64,000 bases of DNA from Adineta vaga (taxonomy: Eukaryota > Animalia > Rotifera). The notes below the pieces were generated by a model. That model saw nothing but the letters and a program-made list of their open reading frames with translations, was not told the DNA's origin and made no database searches. Position 1 is the first letter of the stretch; every line of letters begins with the position of its first letter. The position numbers and the translations under genes were made by a program. The stretch spans positions 3,968,001-4,032,000 of the forward strand of contig CP075494.1 in NCBI GenBank assembly GCA_021613535.1. Direction: 5' to 3'. Below are positions 52,616 through 63,275 of this stretch, piece after piece.

Positions 52616-53728
52616 TCATTGAGTGAAGCGGTTCGGATTCGTATCTAACGATGCCGGTAATTGACATTTTTTGTGACAATACGAGAGACTGTAGTCAGAG
52701 CGATGCAGTACTTCTTGTTGATCTGCGAATAGAGCAATAGTTAGATATCGTAATATGGCATCACCCCATCGATATTTGAAAATGCCATGGGTTTGATCAA
52801 TCATTTCTATCCATTGACGAACATCAGAACGTCGAAAAAATTCCAGTTGAAGTACTTCAAAATTATTTGCATAACTGAGAATGTGATCATCAGCAAATGC
52901 TTGACGAAGCATCTCAGGTTGCTTCGCAGTGATATTATTTGTCTTTGGGTATTCAAGTGTTACTGGCTGTAATTTCATAGTACCTGGCAGTAATCTTTCC
53001 TCATCGATCCTAATGTCATTTGCAAAGTAAACTGCACGTTTACGACGCATTTCATCGAAAACATTGAACCAATTGTTCATTATTTGTGAATCATCGTCAA
53101 GTCTCATCATATAGTCGTATTGTTGTAATTGAGGTAGTTCAAAAAGAAGTTTCACCCAAAATCGAATCATTAGCTGATAATTCCATTTACCTCTCATTTC
53201 CCAAGTGGATTTTGTACGGCAGGGATCGAAGTTCATAGGAAACATTTCAAAAATAGTGCTGATTCGAAGAAATAATGTTGGTCGTTGTATGTTTTGAATT
53301 AGATGCTTTAAACGGTTTTGTGATAGAAAACTACTATGCATGATCAATAAAGTTGTTGTGAAGTTATCAGCAAAATTCTGATCGAGAAGTTTCAATCGAA
53401 GAAGTAACTTTGGATGAATGTCAGGAGTCAAAACAACAATTATATCTTTTGTGGAGGAGGAAGAGCGAGATGGACCATAGGTATAAAATTTGAGATTGTC
53501 CAGACTAGGAATCACTTTTGAAGACATCGTCTCCTCATTATAACAATTCGTCTGTTCGTAAACAACGAAGACAAGGCTGAAACCGATCCCTACTCCTGTA
53601 GCAACCATGATGATTTTTCGAAAGCATCCATTTCTCGAAATTAAACTGTAAGTAATATATCCAATTCGATCGATAGTGATTCGTAATTCGAACAGAATAC
53701 TTTGCAATAAAAACCACAAGATTGTCAT
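52616..53728 (-). CDS. Glycosyltransferase family 15 (KRE2/MNT1-like alpha-1,2-mannosyltransferase), intronless
   Basis: Type II TM anchor; YQLMIRFW, YDYMMRLDDD, YANNFEV, GIFKYRWGDA, YCH motifs typical of GT15. Confidence 0.85.
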   Translation of the reverse strand: MTILWFLLQSILFELRITIDRIGYITYSLISRNGCFRKIIMVATGVGIGFSLVFVVYEQTNCYNEETMSSKVIPSLDNLKFYTYGPSRSSSSTKDIIVVLTPDIHPKLLLRLKLLDQNFADNFTTTLLIMHSSFLSQNRLKHLIQNIQRPTLFLRISTIFEMFPMNFDPCRTKSTWEMRGKWNYQLMIRFWVKLLFELPQLQQYDYMMRLDDDSQIMNNWFNVFDEMRRKRAVYFANDIRIDEERLLPGTMKLQPVTLEYPKTNNITAKQPEMLRQAFADDHILSYANNFEVLQLEFFRRSDVRQWIEMIDQTHGIFKYRWGDAILRYLTIALFADQQEVLHRSDYSLSYCHKKCQLPASLDTNPNRFTQ

Positions 53729-55246
53729 GATAAGAACAGATCAATATTGTTATCGAAGCAAATATTTAGTCAATGACTTATCATGTATTGAGAATGTGAC
53801 TGTATACTAGATGCACCACGTGCTGCTCGTACAGTTGAAAGCAAGAAAAAGAAAGAGGTTTAAGGAGAAAGAGAACACAAGTATAATATAGATGATAAAA
53901 GCAACAAAGCGAACATCGGCAATGATATTATGAAGTGCATGATACGACCGTCTCGGGATATCAACTGAATAGATTTACATATATTTTTAGTGTGTCTTAA
54001 TACAAACAAAAGCGGCGTGGGTGTGAGCGAAAGTTAAAGATCACACCTCTTCAGTACGAACTAGTTGATCGATTTTGTCTTCCATCTTTCTATTCATCAT
54101 GTTTACGGTCTCAGGTAGAAATATTTGAGTGCGATGTAATAGTGTTGTAAACAGATGCGAGCTTACCCCTTCTTCACGCGAACATTCAGGAGTAGTGGAT
54201 CGTAGAAACGCCGACAACCGACTGCAACACGAACAACATCATATAGATTTTGATAGATATAATATGATATTAAGATCAGTCGAGGGTTAAAGCGAGTCTC
54301 CCTCTACGAGCGTTATCTATGTATATCTTCAAGAACTTTACAACGTTTTACTGATGTTTCAATTAAACATAGATTAAGAATATGTCTATCACAATAAATA
54401 TATAAAGCAGTAGGTCCGAGATGTATTTTGTATTAAAACTTCATTTTGTTTTGAGTGATGTATACACTTCAACTATGTATTGATCAGAGCTGCCAATATA
54501 GGTCACATTTTGGTGGTCTGGGATGGCCTGCCATCCGGACTAACCTATAACAGTTTTGTCTGTTTAATTTACCATTGACAGACTGATAGAATAACATTAA
54601 AGAATACGCAATGAGTATTTTCTGTGCATCAAATGTTTCGAGCGGCGATGGTTATCGATCATCGAATATTGTTTAATATGAATCGAGCTGAGAAAGACAT
54701 ATGTAATCAGATGTACAGCAGACTCAAAATAGATAACGTAAAGATAATACAGTAATAATTATCTATACTGAACGTTATTGAGATCGATCAAAAGCGTTTA
54801 GTGAATAGGGCAGGTTGATACAACTTTCATATTGTTTAAAAGTTCGATCTCAGCAAAAGGTGCTTCGTAAGATCTCAAAATGCTTACTACGAGAGCATCT
54901 ACAGTATCAAAAACAAGTACTACTTGCTCTACTATGAATAAAATAGATTGATTATAATAACAGTTATTTTGACGATGACTAATTGTTAGAAATTTTAAAT
55001 TTGATTAATACAGTCTCAATAATAAAAATTCTTTAGCGACTGCTGGACTACGACCTGGATCTCATTTGAATGAGTGAATTTGTAAAGAATTGAGTGCTAT
55101 TTCACCATTATCGATAAATTTTGATCGACAAACTCTGCATGAAATTCATTTTCATGAGAAGTTGTTGATGAATACAATGGTATATTGTATAATAAGTATT
55201 ACCCGATTCTTGTAAAATAATATGCAATTGTACTTTGTCTAGATGG

Positions 55247-55304
55247 TTGAGGATGGGAATGTGTGCTCGGATGCACCACTACGTATCCAGCCACACATCC
55301 TCAT
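55247..55304. repeat. Telomere-like inverted-arm element
   Basis: ttgaggatgggaatgtgtg...cagccacacatcctcat. Confidence 0.6.
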
Positions 55305-55673
55305 AAGATAATCTTCCCCATATAGTTAAATTTAAATCAAAAGGTTCATCCGATTCACTAATAATCTTTATTCAATGTTATGGGAATATATATAATCATC
55401 TTTTCCAATGAAAAATAGTTGATAAAAATGATTAAACTATATTTTTCGCTGGACCATCTGATGCGTGGTGATTTGCTTTCACCTTGATTATTTCATCAAA
55501 TTCTTTTTTAATCATTTCTTCTAGTTGTGCTTTTGACATCTTATATAATAATTACCTCTTTCTTTTTCCTGTCCTTCATATATAATTTTGACAGCTAGAC
55601 ATAACGAAAGAAAGAAAAAAAAGGAAAAAATTTGTTTCTTTTTATCGATTGACTCGACATTCTTATTCAAAGG

Positions 55674-56537
55674 ATGACTAAATATCGAAAGAGTAAATTA
55701 ACCTTGATTCCATGGTTTCTTGCTCGTCTATTATGTTTAATACATTTAAGTATATCAATATTATTGATTTATTTAACAAAACCTATTCAATATTTGTATT
55801 ATCTTCCAATAATTGGTTCTACTCTTATTATAATTGAAATAGTATTATTTAGTGCATTGAAATTTCGTTATAAATATTCATTTATTCTATTATTAACATA
55901 TTCAATATTTACTATTTTATCAATATGGTTTCTTGAATTATATCGAATAAAACATTTAATTCTAATGAAAAATCAACAATCAAGTGTAGAAGTATTTTCC
56001 ATTGTTTATTATTCACCTTTGAAATCAATAGATGAATTTGTTTTAAATAATAAATATTTATGGTCACAAATACAAATTCAAGGTTATATATTTATAATAA
56101 CTATTATAAAAGGTTTATGTGAAAGAAAACATGCTCGACTAAATATCATTGTAAAAACATGGACAACAGCACTTGATCTACTTGATTTTATTGATATGCT
56201 TAATTATTCGAAATTATATGATGATATTTATTTTGTTTATACAACTCTTTCAGTTTGGTCTATTAGTTGTCTTCAATTTATTATTAAAATGTCTTTTATA
56301 CAAAAAATCTTATTGAAAAAAAGTTATCATCGTTTAGGATCAATAATCACTGATTCATTACTATCTATAATAATTATAGATATTCCATATTTAATTGTAC
56401 GTCTCTATGCTATATTTGGTGTTAAAAAACATGATTATACAAGTTATTTTCTAATTCTTAAAAATATTGTATCAATTGGGTTACAAATAGCAAATGTATG
56501 GAATGCATTTAGAGAAAATAAAGGCAATAAAAAATAA
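55674..56537 (+). CDS. TMEM26/TMEM121-like multi-pass membrane protein
   Basis: ALDLLDF, WSISCLQF, DIPYLIVRL...FLILKN motifs; intronless 287 aa. Confidence 0.7.
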   Translation: MTKYRKSKLTLIPWFLARLLCLIHLSISILLIYLTKPIQYLYYLPIIGSTLIIIEIVLFSALKFRYKYSFILLLTYSIFTILSIWFLELYRIKHLILMKNQQSSVEVFSIVYYSPLKSIDEFVLNNKYLWSQIQIQGYIFIITIIKGLCERKHARLNIIVKTWTTALDLLDFIDMLNYSKLYDDIYFVYTTLSVWSISCLQFIIKMSFIQKILLKKSYHRLGSIITDSLLSIIIIDIPYLIVRLYAIFGVKKHDYTSYFLILKNIVSIGLQIANVWNAFRENKGNKK

Positions 56538-56561
56538 AAAAATCAACTTCTGTTTGATTTC

Positions 56562-56834
56562 TGTTAGATCTGCTATAATGTAATTTTATTATAAACAAAA
56601 TGATAACTCTACTGATGATCTCTTAACCAAAATCTATCGAGTTTATATAGAACTACTAGACTTAGAAAATACCAACAATACATGGAAAATAATATGACGT
56701 AAGGAAAGAAAGAGAACACATGATGAACATATGACATGACATCATGTATAACAAAAGAAAACATATATATGCAGAACGCAAGAAGATATGTAGGACAATT
56801 CCCTATTATACCAGATAGGTTATTTTCCATAACA
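56562..56834 (-). repeat. 3' LTR
   Basis: TGTTA...TAACA; identical by eye to 61441-61713. Confidence 0.96.
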
Positions 56835-56842
56835 TCTCCCCC
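56835..56842 (-). promoter_or_regulatory. Polypurine tract
   Basis: GGGGGAGA on the minus strand abutting the 3' LTR. Confidence 0.85.
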
Positions 56843-56982
56843 ATAGAAAGAAGATGAACTTCCACGTTCATCATGTCAATTCAACCACCCAATGTTCCGG
56901 TATTGCCACTACCATTGTCATTGATTAAAACCAACTAATTGTTCCAATAAATATTTTACTGATCGACCCGGTTCATACAGAT

Positions 56983-59900
56983 CTAACTCCGATAATAAAC
57001 CAATTTCAGATCACTAACATGAACATGTCTAACAGTTGTTGTTTGCGAATCCTGAATAGTGTATGATGGATGTTGTGCTTTAGTAATTAAATATGGACCA
57101 GAAAAACGTTCTTGAAATTTTCCTCTTATACCTGGAATTTTCCACCAAACCAAATCATTAATTTGAAATTCATGGTCACTACGATGCTTATCATAACGTT
57201 GTTTTGTTTGTTGCTGTTGCATTTGAATTTGTTGTTGAGCAGCTTGTTTATAAGTATTCATCCATTTCACTAACTTACGCCAATAATCATTTGGACGATC
57301 AAAATGAGCTATGGAAGATGTATGGTCGAGTGGTAAAACCGGACGTCTACCAAACATCAATTGAAAAGGACTATATTTGGTTGTACTTTGTATTCCAGTG
57401 TTATACCCATATGTAATAGCCCCGAGATACTCATCCCAATCTTGCAATTCACTATTCTGAAACTTCGATAATTGTGTGTGAAATGTGCTATTGAACCTTT
57501 CGGTTAATCCATTAGCTTGAGGATGATAAGCTGATGTTTGAATATGATTTGTTCCCAAAAAGACCGTTACATTTTTCATTAATTCGTTGTTGAAATGTGT
57601 TCCTTGATCAGTAATTAACCGTCTCGGAATTCCAAACTTGAAACTGAACTCTTCCGTGAAACATTTAGCTGCTGTAATTGCTGTACTATTCGGAAGTGGC
57701 GTTGCCACAACATACCTAGTATAGTAATCTGTTATTACCAAAACATATTTATTACCATTTCTTGAGTATTCTGGTGTTGGACCCCAAAAATCCATTGATA
57801 CTAGTTCCAAAGGTCCTTGTGGATATTCAATTGGATGTAAATGTCCAGGTGGTTTCACTCGACGTGTATTAAACTTTGCACATTTTTCACAAGATTGTAT
57901 ATACTCATTGACATCTTCTTTCATCTTAGGCCAATAACAAACTTGTCGAATTTTAGACCATGTTCTATTTGTGCCGAAATGTGCACCAGTTGGATGATCA
58001 TGATAGCATTGAATTACTTCATGTTTCATTGATTTCGGAACACAAATTAACTTGAGATCTAGCCCATGTACCTCAGGCTTTACAACTTTATACAAAACTT
58101 GATTTTCCACCACATATTTATTACCCGTCCATTTATGCCTCACAATCTGTTTCCAAATCTTTCCAAAATACAAATCCATTTGTTGCTCGGTACCAATTCT
58201 TGTTAAGCTAAAATCAAATGTTGGTGATGAAAGAACCACTTGATCATTTTCAGATGGTACACTCGATGAATTGTTATCTTTTGGTATTTTCGATTGTGCT
58301 TGAGCTTTTTTCATTGCACGAGTCATAACATTTAATACTTCTGTAGAATCTTGAAGATCAGGTCTTGACATTCCATCTGCATCTCCATGATGACTTCCTT
58401 TTCTATATTGTATTTCAACAATTTGTGATAATATTTCTTGATTTTTTATGAGCCATTCATTTATCCTTTTACTGTTGATTTTTTGTTTAATTTGAAATTG
58501 TTGCAATGGTTTATGATCAGTGATAATCAGTACATTTCTTCCTCCCAAGTATTGTTGCAATTTGTTCAAACACCAAAATATTGCTAATGCTTCACGTTCA
58601 ATAGTTGAATATCTCTTTTCAGTAGTCGATAACAATCTTGATAAAAAATAATTATAATGTGTTTTGCCATTGATTATCTGCTTTAATGTTCCACCAATCG
58701 CATAATCTGATGCATCTGTTGCTAAAATAAATTGTGCAGTTGGGTGAGGATATTTCAACACTAGAGGTTGACTTGTTAAAATTTGTTTTAATTTATTTGC
58801 TGCTTGTATCTGCTCTTCCTCCCAACAAAATTCTTTACGTTTACTTTTGATTTTATTTGTAACTCTATGAATAGGTGCTGCAATTTCAGAAAAGTGAGGA
58901 ATAAATTTCCTATACCATCCGATTTTACCAATAAATTTATTCGCTTGTGCTAATGTTGTTGGTTGTGGTATATCCAAAATTGCTTGAATGCGTTCTTGTA
59001 ATGGTACAATTGAATCTTTTGTGATGGTATGACTTAAAAATTCGATAGATTGTTTAGCTATTGAACATTTCTTTGGATTCAATGTAAAGTTATGATCTTG
59101 AAGTATTTGAAATATTTCTTGTAAATGTTGTACATGTTGTTCAAACGAATCCGAAAATATAATAATATCATCTAGATATACAGCTGTATAATCCCAACGA
59201 TTATAACCAATGATATTGTGCATCAACCTTTGAAAAGTTGGAGGCGCATTCATTAAACCCATTGGTAAAACTTCAAACTGGTACAATCCATCTTGGGTAA
59301 CAAATGCTGTTTTGTCCTTATCTTGATTTCTTATCGGTATTTGATGGTATCCAGCTTTCATATCAATCTTGGTAAACCATGAGTGCCCTCCCAATCTCTG
59401 AACAAGTTCCTCTACCGAAGGTTGCGGGAACACATCTTTCTTTGTGATTGCATTTAATTTTCGATAATCAATTATAAATCTAAATGTACCATCCGGTTTA
59501 GTTAATAATACCACAGGCGACGACCACTCCGATGTTGATGGTATTATAATACCAGCACGTAACATCTTATCAATTTCGTTTTGAATATTCTTGCGTTGTT
59601 CAATAGTTTTAAAGTATGGTTTTGCTGCTACTGGAACATGATCTCCGGTGTTAATAACATGATGTATAGTTGCTTTAATTGTACGTTGTTGATTCACATC
59701 GAATAATATCTTATACTGTTCCACAATATCATGTATTTGATGATAGTATTCATTTTTATTTAGTAAATGATGAGTTAATAACGAAACAATTTTATCAATG
59801 GGCATTGTATTATCTTTTGGATTTTGATCAAAATCAAAATCTTCCGTTGTATTAGTTGCCTCTAACACTGAACAGCATTCTCCTGGTTTTAATACATTTA

Positions 59901-60582
59901 TTTCACCAATAACCATTCCTTTTTGAACAATGACACTTCGACTTGTAGGATTATATACTGTTACTTGTACATATCCATTTTGAATATCCACCAACCCATC
60001 GCAAAGTCGAATACGTGCTGCTTGTTGTTGTTGCCATTTCAATACTTTCAAGTATCGTTCTTTCTCATCCATTATTCCATTCACCACCGCATCTACCACC
60101 AACTTACATCTTGGAAGTATAGTATATTGTTGAACTAAACGAACATCATTTATTTGCCCAAATTCCACAAAAACTTGTTGTTGTTGAAGTTGAAGTACAA
60201 GTTGTTGTTGAGCCATGTTAATATTCACACGAAATTTTCTAATAAAATCCATACCCAATATTAACTCATTTGTTAATTGATCCACTACAATCGTTTTGAG
60301 ACCAAATCTCCGTCCATTAATTTTTAATTCCAAAAAAATCCATCCATAGTGCTTTATTCTTGTTTTTGAATCTCCTAAAATTATATCACCTTCCTTCCTA
60401 TAAATATGATGTTGTACATTGAGTTTATTAATTGTTGATTTTGTGATTAACGAAGATGTTGCTCCCGTATCGACCATTCCTTGTACTACCCTATTGTTGA
60501 TTTGCGTTGGTATGATTATTAGTGATGGATAACCTATATTAACGAGAGCGCTACCATCATTCGCCCCCGCTAATAGTTTTTT
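56983..60582 (-). CDS. pol: Pol polyprotein (protease, RT, RNase H, integrase), reached by -1 frameshift
   Basis: VDTGA, YLDD, TDASD/EREA/TDHKPL, HHCC zinc finger, D-D-E core, GPY motif; uninterrupted frame. Confidence 0.95.
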   Translation of the reverse strand, partial: KKLLAGANDGSALVNIGYPSLIIIPTQINNRVVQGMVDTGATSSLITKSTINKLNVQHHIYRKEGDIILGDSKTRIKHYGWIFLELKINGRRFGLKTIVVDQLTNELILGMDFIRKFRVNINMAQQQLVLQLQQQQVFVEFGQINDVRLVQQYTILPRCKLVVDAVVNGIMDEKERYLKVLKWQQQQAARIRLCDGLVDIQNGYVQVTVYNPTSRSVIVQKGMVIGEINVLKPGECCSVLEATNTTEDFDFDQNPKDNTMPIDKIVSLLTHHLLNKNEYYHQIHDIVEQYKILFDVNQQRTIKATIHHVINTGDHVPVAAKPYFKTIEQRKNIQNEIDKMLRAGIIIPSTSEWSSPVVLLTKPDGTFRFIIDYRKLNAITKKDVFPQPSVEELVQRLGGHSWFTKIDMKAGYHQIPIRNQDKDKTAFVTQDGLYQFEVLPMGLMNAPPTFQRLMHNIIGYNRWDYTAVYLDDIIIFSDSFEQHVQHLQEIFQILQDHNFTLNPKKCSIAKQSIEFLSHTITKDSIVPLQERIQAILDIPQPTTLAQANKFIGKIGWYRKFIPHFSEIAAPIHRVTNKIKSKRKEFCWEEEQIQAANKLKQILTSQPLVLKYPHPTAQFILATDASDYAIGGTLKQIINGKTHYNYFLSRLLSTTEKRYSTIEREALAIFWCLNKLQQYLGGRNVLIITDHKPLQQFQIKQKINSKRINEWLIKNQEILSQIVEIQYRKGSHHGDADGMSRPDLQDSTEVLNVMTRAMKKAQAQSKIPKDNNSSSVPSENDQVVLSSPTFDFSLTRIGTEQQMDLYFGKIWKQIVRHKWTGNKYVVENQVLYKVVKPEVHGLDLKLICVPKSMKHEVIQCYHDHPTGAHFGTNRTWSKIRQVCYWPKMKEDVNEYIQSCEKCAKFNTRRVKPPGHLHPIEYPQGPLELVSMDFWGPTPEYSRNGNKYVLVITDYYTRYVVATPLPNSTAITAAKCFTEEFSFKFGIPRRLITDQGTHFNNELMKNVTVFLGTNHIQTSAYHPQANGLTERFNSTFHTQLSKFQNSELQDWDEYLGAITYGYNTGIQSTTKYSPFQLMFGRRPVLPLDHTSSIAHFDRPNDYWRKLVKWMNTYKQAAQQQIQMQQQQTKQRYDKHRSDHEFQINDLVWWKIPGIRGKFQERFSGPYLITKAQHPSYTIQDSQTTTVRHVHVSDLKLVYYRS
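60541..60582 (-). promoter_or_regulatory. Programmed -1 ribosomal frameshift signal
   Basis: Slippery A AAA AAC (60576-60582) in the gag frame just before the gag TAG, followed by a GCGGGGGCG/CGCTCTCGT stem. Confidence 0.85.
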
Positions 60583-61412
60583 GAAAAACAATCTCGTGCA
60601 ATATGACCAATCTTGTTACAATTAAAACAGCGTATTTGTTTACGTGGATATACAGGTTTGTATGGTACTGAAGATTTGATTTGTGGTTTAATTACTGAAA
60701 ATGATTCCATTGTTGATATAGAGTCAGATGTCATTTGCATATTAATGGATAAATCCAATTTTTCTTCTGCTTGTGCAATAGTTAAAAATTCACTTGCAGT
60801 TTTTGGATCTTTTCTCATGATTTCTTTTTGTAATGAAACTTTAACACCATTCATCAAATATCCGACTTTCAATTCATCTTTCATCTCTTCATCGATCATG
60901 TCACATAACTCCATCATCTCATGATAGTAATGCAATACTGTTTCCTCTAATCCTTGACGCTGATTGCCAATTTGTTTAATAGCTAAACTTCGATGTACTG
61001 GTGACGAAAATGCTTTTTGTATCTCTTTTGAAAATGTTGACCAATTGATTAACGTAGTCAAATTATTTACATACCACTGACGAGCATCATCCATTAAAAC
61101 TGATGGAATCATGAGTAATTTTTGTTCATTAGAAAGCTTGAATACATTCAGTTCATTTGTAATCTTAGTAAGCCATTTAGTTACATTTTCAGAACTTTTT
61201 CCACTAAATTTCGGTAATTTATCGCTTGAATTAGATAATAATGATATAGTTAATTTTTCATCCATACTAAATTGATATAATTTTGGTCGATATACAATAT
61301 GTTCTGGATATGGATCAGTTAATTGATTTGTTTGTTCTACTCTTATGCGTCTAACTCTTCTAGTTTCGGTTTCAAATTTCGGTTTTGTTCTTCTCGTTCT
61401 TCGTATTGACAT
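60570..61412 (-). CDS. gag: Gag protein
   Basis: LPKFSG...WL capsid motif, QGLEETV major-homology-like region, CCHC knuckle CFNCNKIGHIARDC. Confidence 0.93.
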   Translation of the reverse strand: MSIRRTRRTKPKFETETRRVRRIRVEQTNQLTDPYPEHIVYRPKLYQFSMDEKLTISLLSNSSDKLPKFSGKSSENVTKWLTKITNELNVFKLSNEQKLLMIPSVLMDDARQWYVNNLTTLINWSTFSKEIQKAFSSPVHRSLAIKQIGNQRQGLEETVLHYYHEMMELCDMIDEEMKDELKVGYLMNGVKVSLQKEIMRKDPKTASEFLTIAQAEEKLDLSINMQMTSDSISTMESFSVIKPQIKSSVPYKPVYPRKQIRCFNCNKIGHIARDCFSKNY

Positions 61413-61425
61413 ACACTTTAGATAT

Positions 61426-61439
61426 CGGCCAGTGCACCA
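61426..61439 (-). promoter_or_regulatory. Primer binding site, probably tRNA-Gly
   Basis: TGGTGCACTGGCCG one base from the 5' LTR, complementary to a ...CGGCCAGUGCACCA tRNA-Gly-type 3' end. Confidence 0.75.
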
Positions 61440-61440
61440 A

Positions 61441-61713
61441 TGTTAGATCTGCTATAATGTAATTTTATTATAAACAAAATGATAACTCTACTGATGATCT
61501 CTTAACCAAAATCTATCGAGTTTATATAGAACTACTAGACTTAGAAAATACCAACAATACATGGAAAATAATATGACGTAAGGAAAGAAAGAGAACACAT
61601 GATGAACATATGACATGACATCATGTATAACAAAAGAAAACATATATATGCAGAACGCAAGAAGATATGTAGGACAATTCCCTATTATACCAGATAGGTT
61701 ATTTTCCATAACA
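61441..61713 (-). repeat. 5' LTR
   Basis: Identical to 56562-56834. Confidence 0.96.
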
Positions 61714-62308
61714 ATTTCATTTATTTGTATTCTTAAATTAAATAAAACAGTATAGTGATTAGAATTAATAATAGAAATTTAGATCAGAACATGAGTTTCC
61801 CATATCATCTAATGATATGTAATCATAATGGTCCTTAGAGATACAATTATTAAAATGCCCATCCAGCAGCCTTGATGTTAATTTCATTGAGAATATTTGA
61901 TCAATTATAAAACGCAAAGTTGAAGAAAAACAATAAAAAAATATTGATGAACTTGAACTTTTTTTAATGCTAAATAATTCATAAATATTGAAATTAATGT
62001 TGTAAAAAACGGGGAGATATCCGTGGAAAAAAGATGTTCAACGAATAGAATACATATATATAGTATTTTGTAGTATCTGTTGTGAGCCGCCAAACAATAT
62101 ATATAAAAGTACTTCCAAGTGATGTATATACATGTGTATGTAAAACAAGTTGTGCAAATTTTTTGTTGGCAACAGTTGCACTTTTAAATAATGTAATTGT
62201 AAAGAAATGTGAATATGAATACTGAAATATTCTTCTCATTGTTCACATTGACACTTGAGGAATGAAGATTCAATGAAAATTTTAAAATAATTGTCTGTAA
62301 AGCAAATA

Positions 62309-62362
62309 TTGAGGGTGGATGTGGGCGAAGACAATAACGATATCCACACCTACACCCTCAAG
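62309..62362. repeat. Telomere-like inverted-arm element (best-preserved palindrome)
   Basis: ttgagggtggatgtgggcg...atccacacctacaccctcaag. Confidence 0.8.
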
Positions 62363-63275
62363 ATGGTATGTTACTGATTTAGAGAGAGATAATAGATGAA
62401 ATAGAATATTGACAGAATTAGATACATTTGGATTTGACAACAGAACATGTCTTCGTGATTATTAGAATAAAGAATTTTTTTTAAAATATACAAATCATAA
62501 AAACGCATGATTTCTTACAATCAACAAGTGATAAAATCATTTGATAATAAACTGTAACATATAAAGAACATTGAGAGATATTCATCAGTATAAATAGTGA
62601 TCGTACTAAGATAGAAGTAGATTTTCTCTCAGACTATGTGACGTGAGAAATGTTATTTGCCCGCAAAACGTGTCATTTGTTCCGTTAGTCTCACTATTTT
62701 TACTTTTTACCAAACTATAATCATGATTTATATTCCATTCGAATTTGAAGCACGTTCCAATGTATTTATTAGCTCAAATCCTTTTTTAGTTTTTTATTTG
62801 AATCAGAAATTCTATCGATTGTTTTTATTTACTCATATTGTAGCTGTTAAAAGGGCGTAGTCATAATAGTTGAATCATTGTATAAGATCAAAAAATAATT
62901 TTATGACTAACTCTCACTCTAATTAATGAAGAAGAAACTCAAATTTTAACGATTATTTCAATTAAAATCAATTATTTTTGTCATCAAACATCATCTTGTA
63001 ATTGTACTATGTTGTTTTTTTCTCTTTTTGAATATATCAATGTATATTCTGACGCAGGTAAACGAAAAGAATAAGTCACGTGGTATAAATATAAACATTT
63101 AAACTACCATTATTTACGCTTGACTAGTTTTGAGAGAAAATGTAATCGATACCGAAAAAAAAGAATGATATTTTTCATTTATTTATGATCAATATTACAA
63201 ATCAAAATTCTAAAAGTAAGTTTTTTGGTGAAAGATTAAATTTTTAGTGTAAATATCAAGCTATCAATCGATAAA

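Larger units (their letters stand above)
56562..61713 (-). mobile_element. Intact Ty3/Gypsy LTR retrotransposon, 5152 bp
   Basis: Identical 273-bp TG...CA LTRs; 5-bp TSD ATTTC (56557-56561, 61714-61718); PBS, PPT, gag, and pol in PR-RT-RH-IN order. Confidence 0.97.

Noticed and set aside
53940-55200. Slightly GC-richer tract with small hairpins (e.g. GGATGGCCTGCCATCC)
   Set aside because: No tRNA/snRNA signature, hammerhead core or sustained ORF found.
55430-55540. 35-aa minus-strand ORF MSKAQLEEMIKKEF...
   Set aside because: Too short and no supporting motif.
56609-56830. 73-aa hydrophobic ORF repeated at 61488-61709 (possible env/ORF3)
   Set aside because: Lies wholly in the LTR; its duplication simply reflects LTR identity, and it has no env features.
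61780-62239. Short minus-strand ORFs next to the 5' LTR
   Set aside because: AT-rich chance ORFs without motifs.
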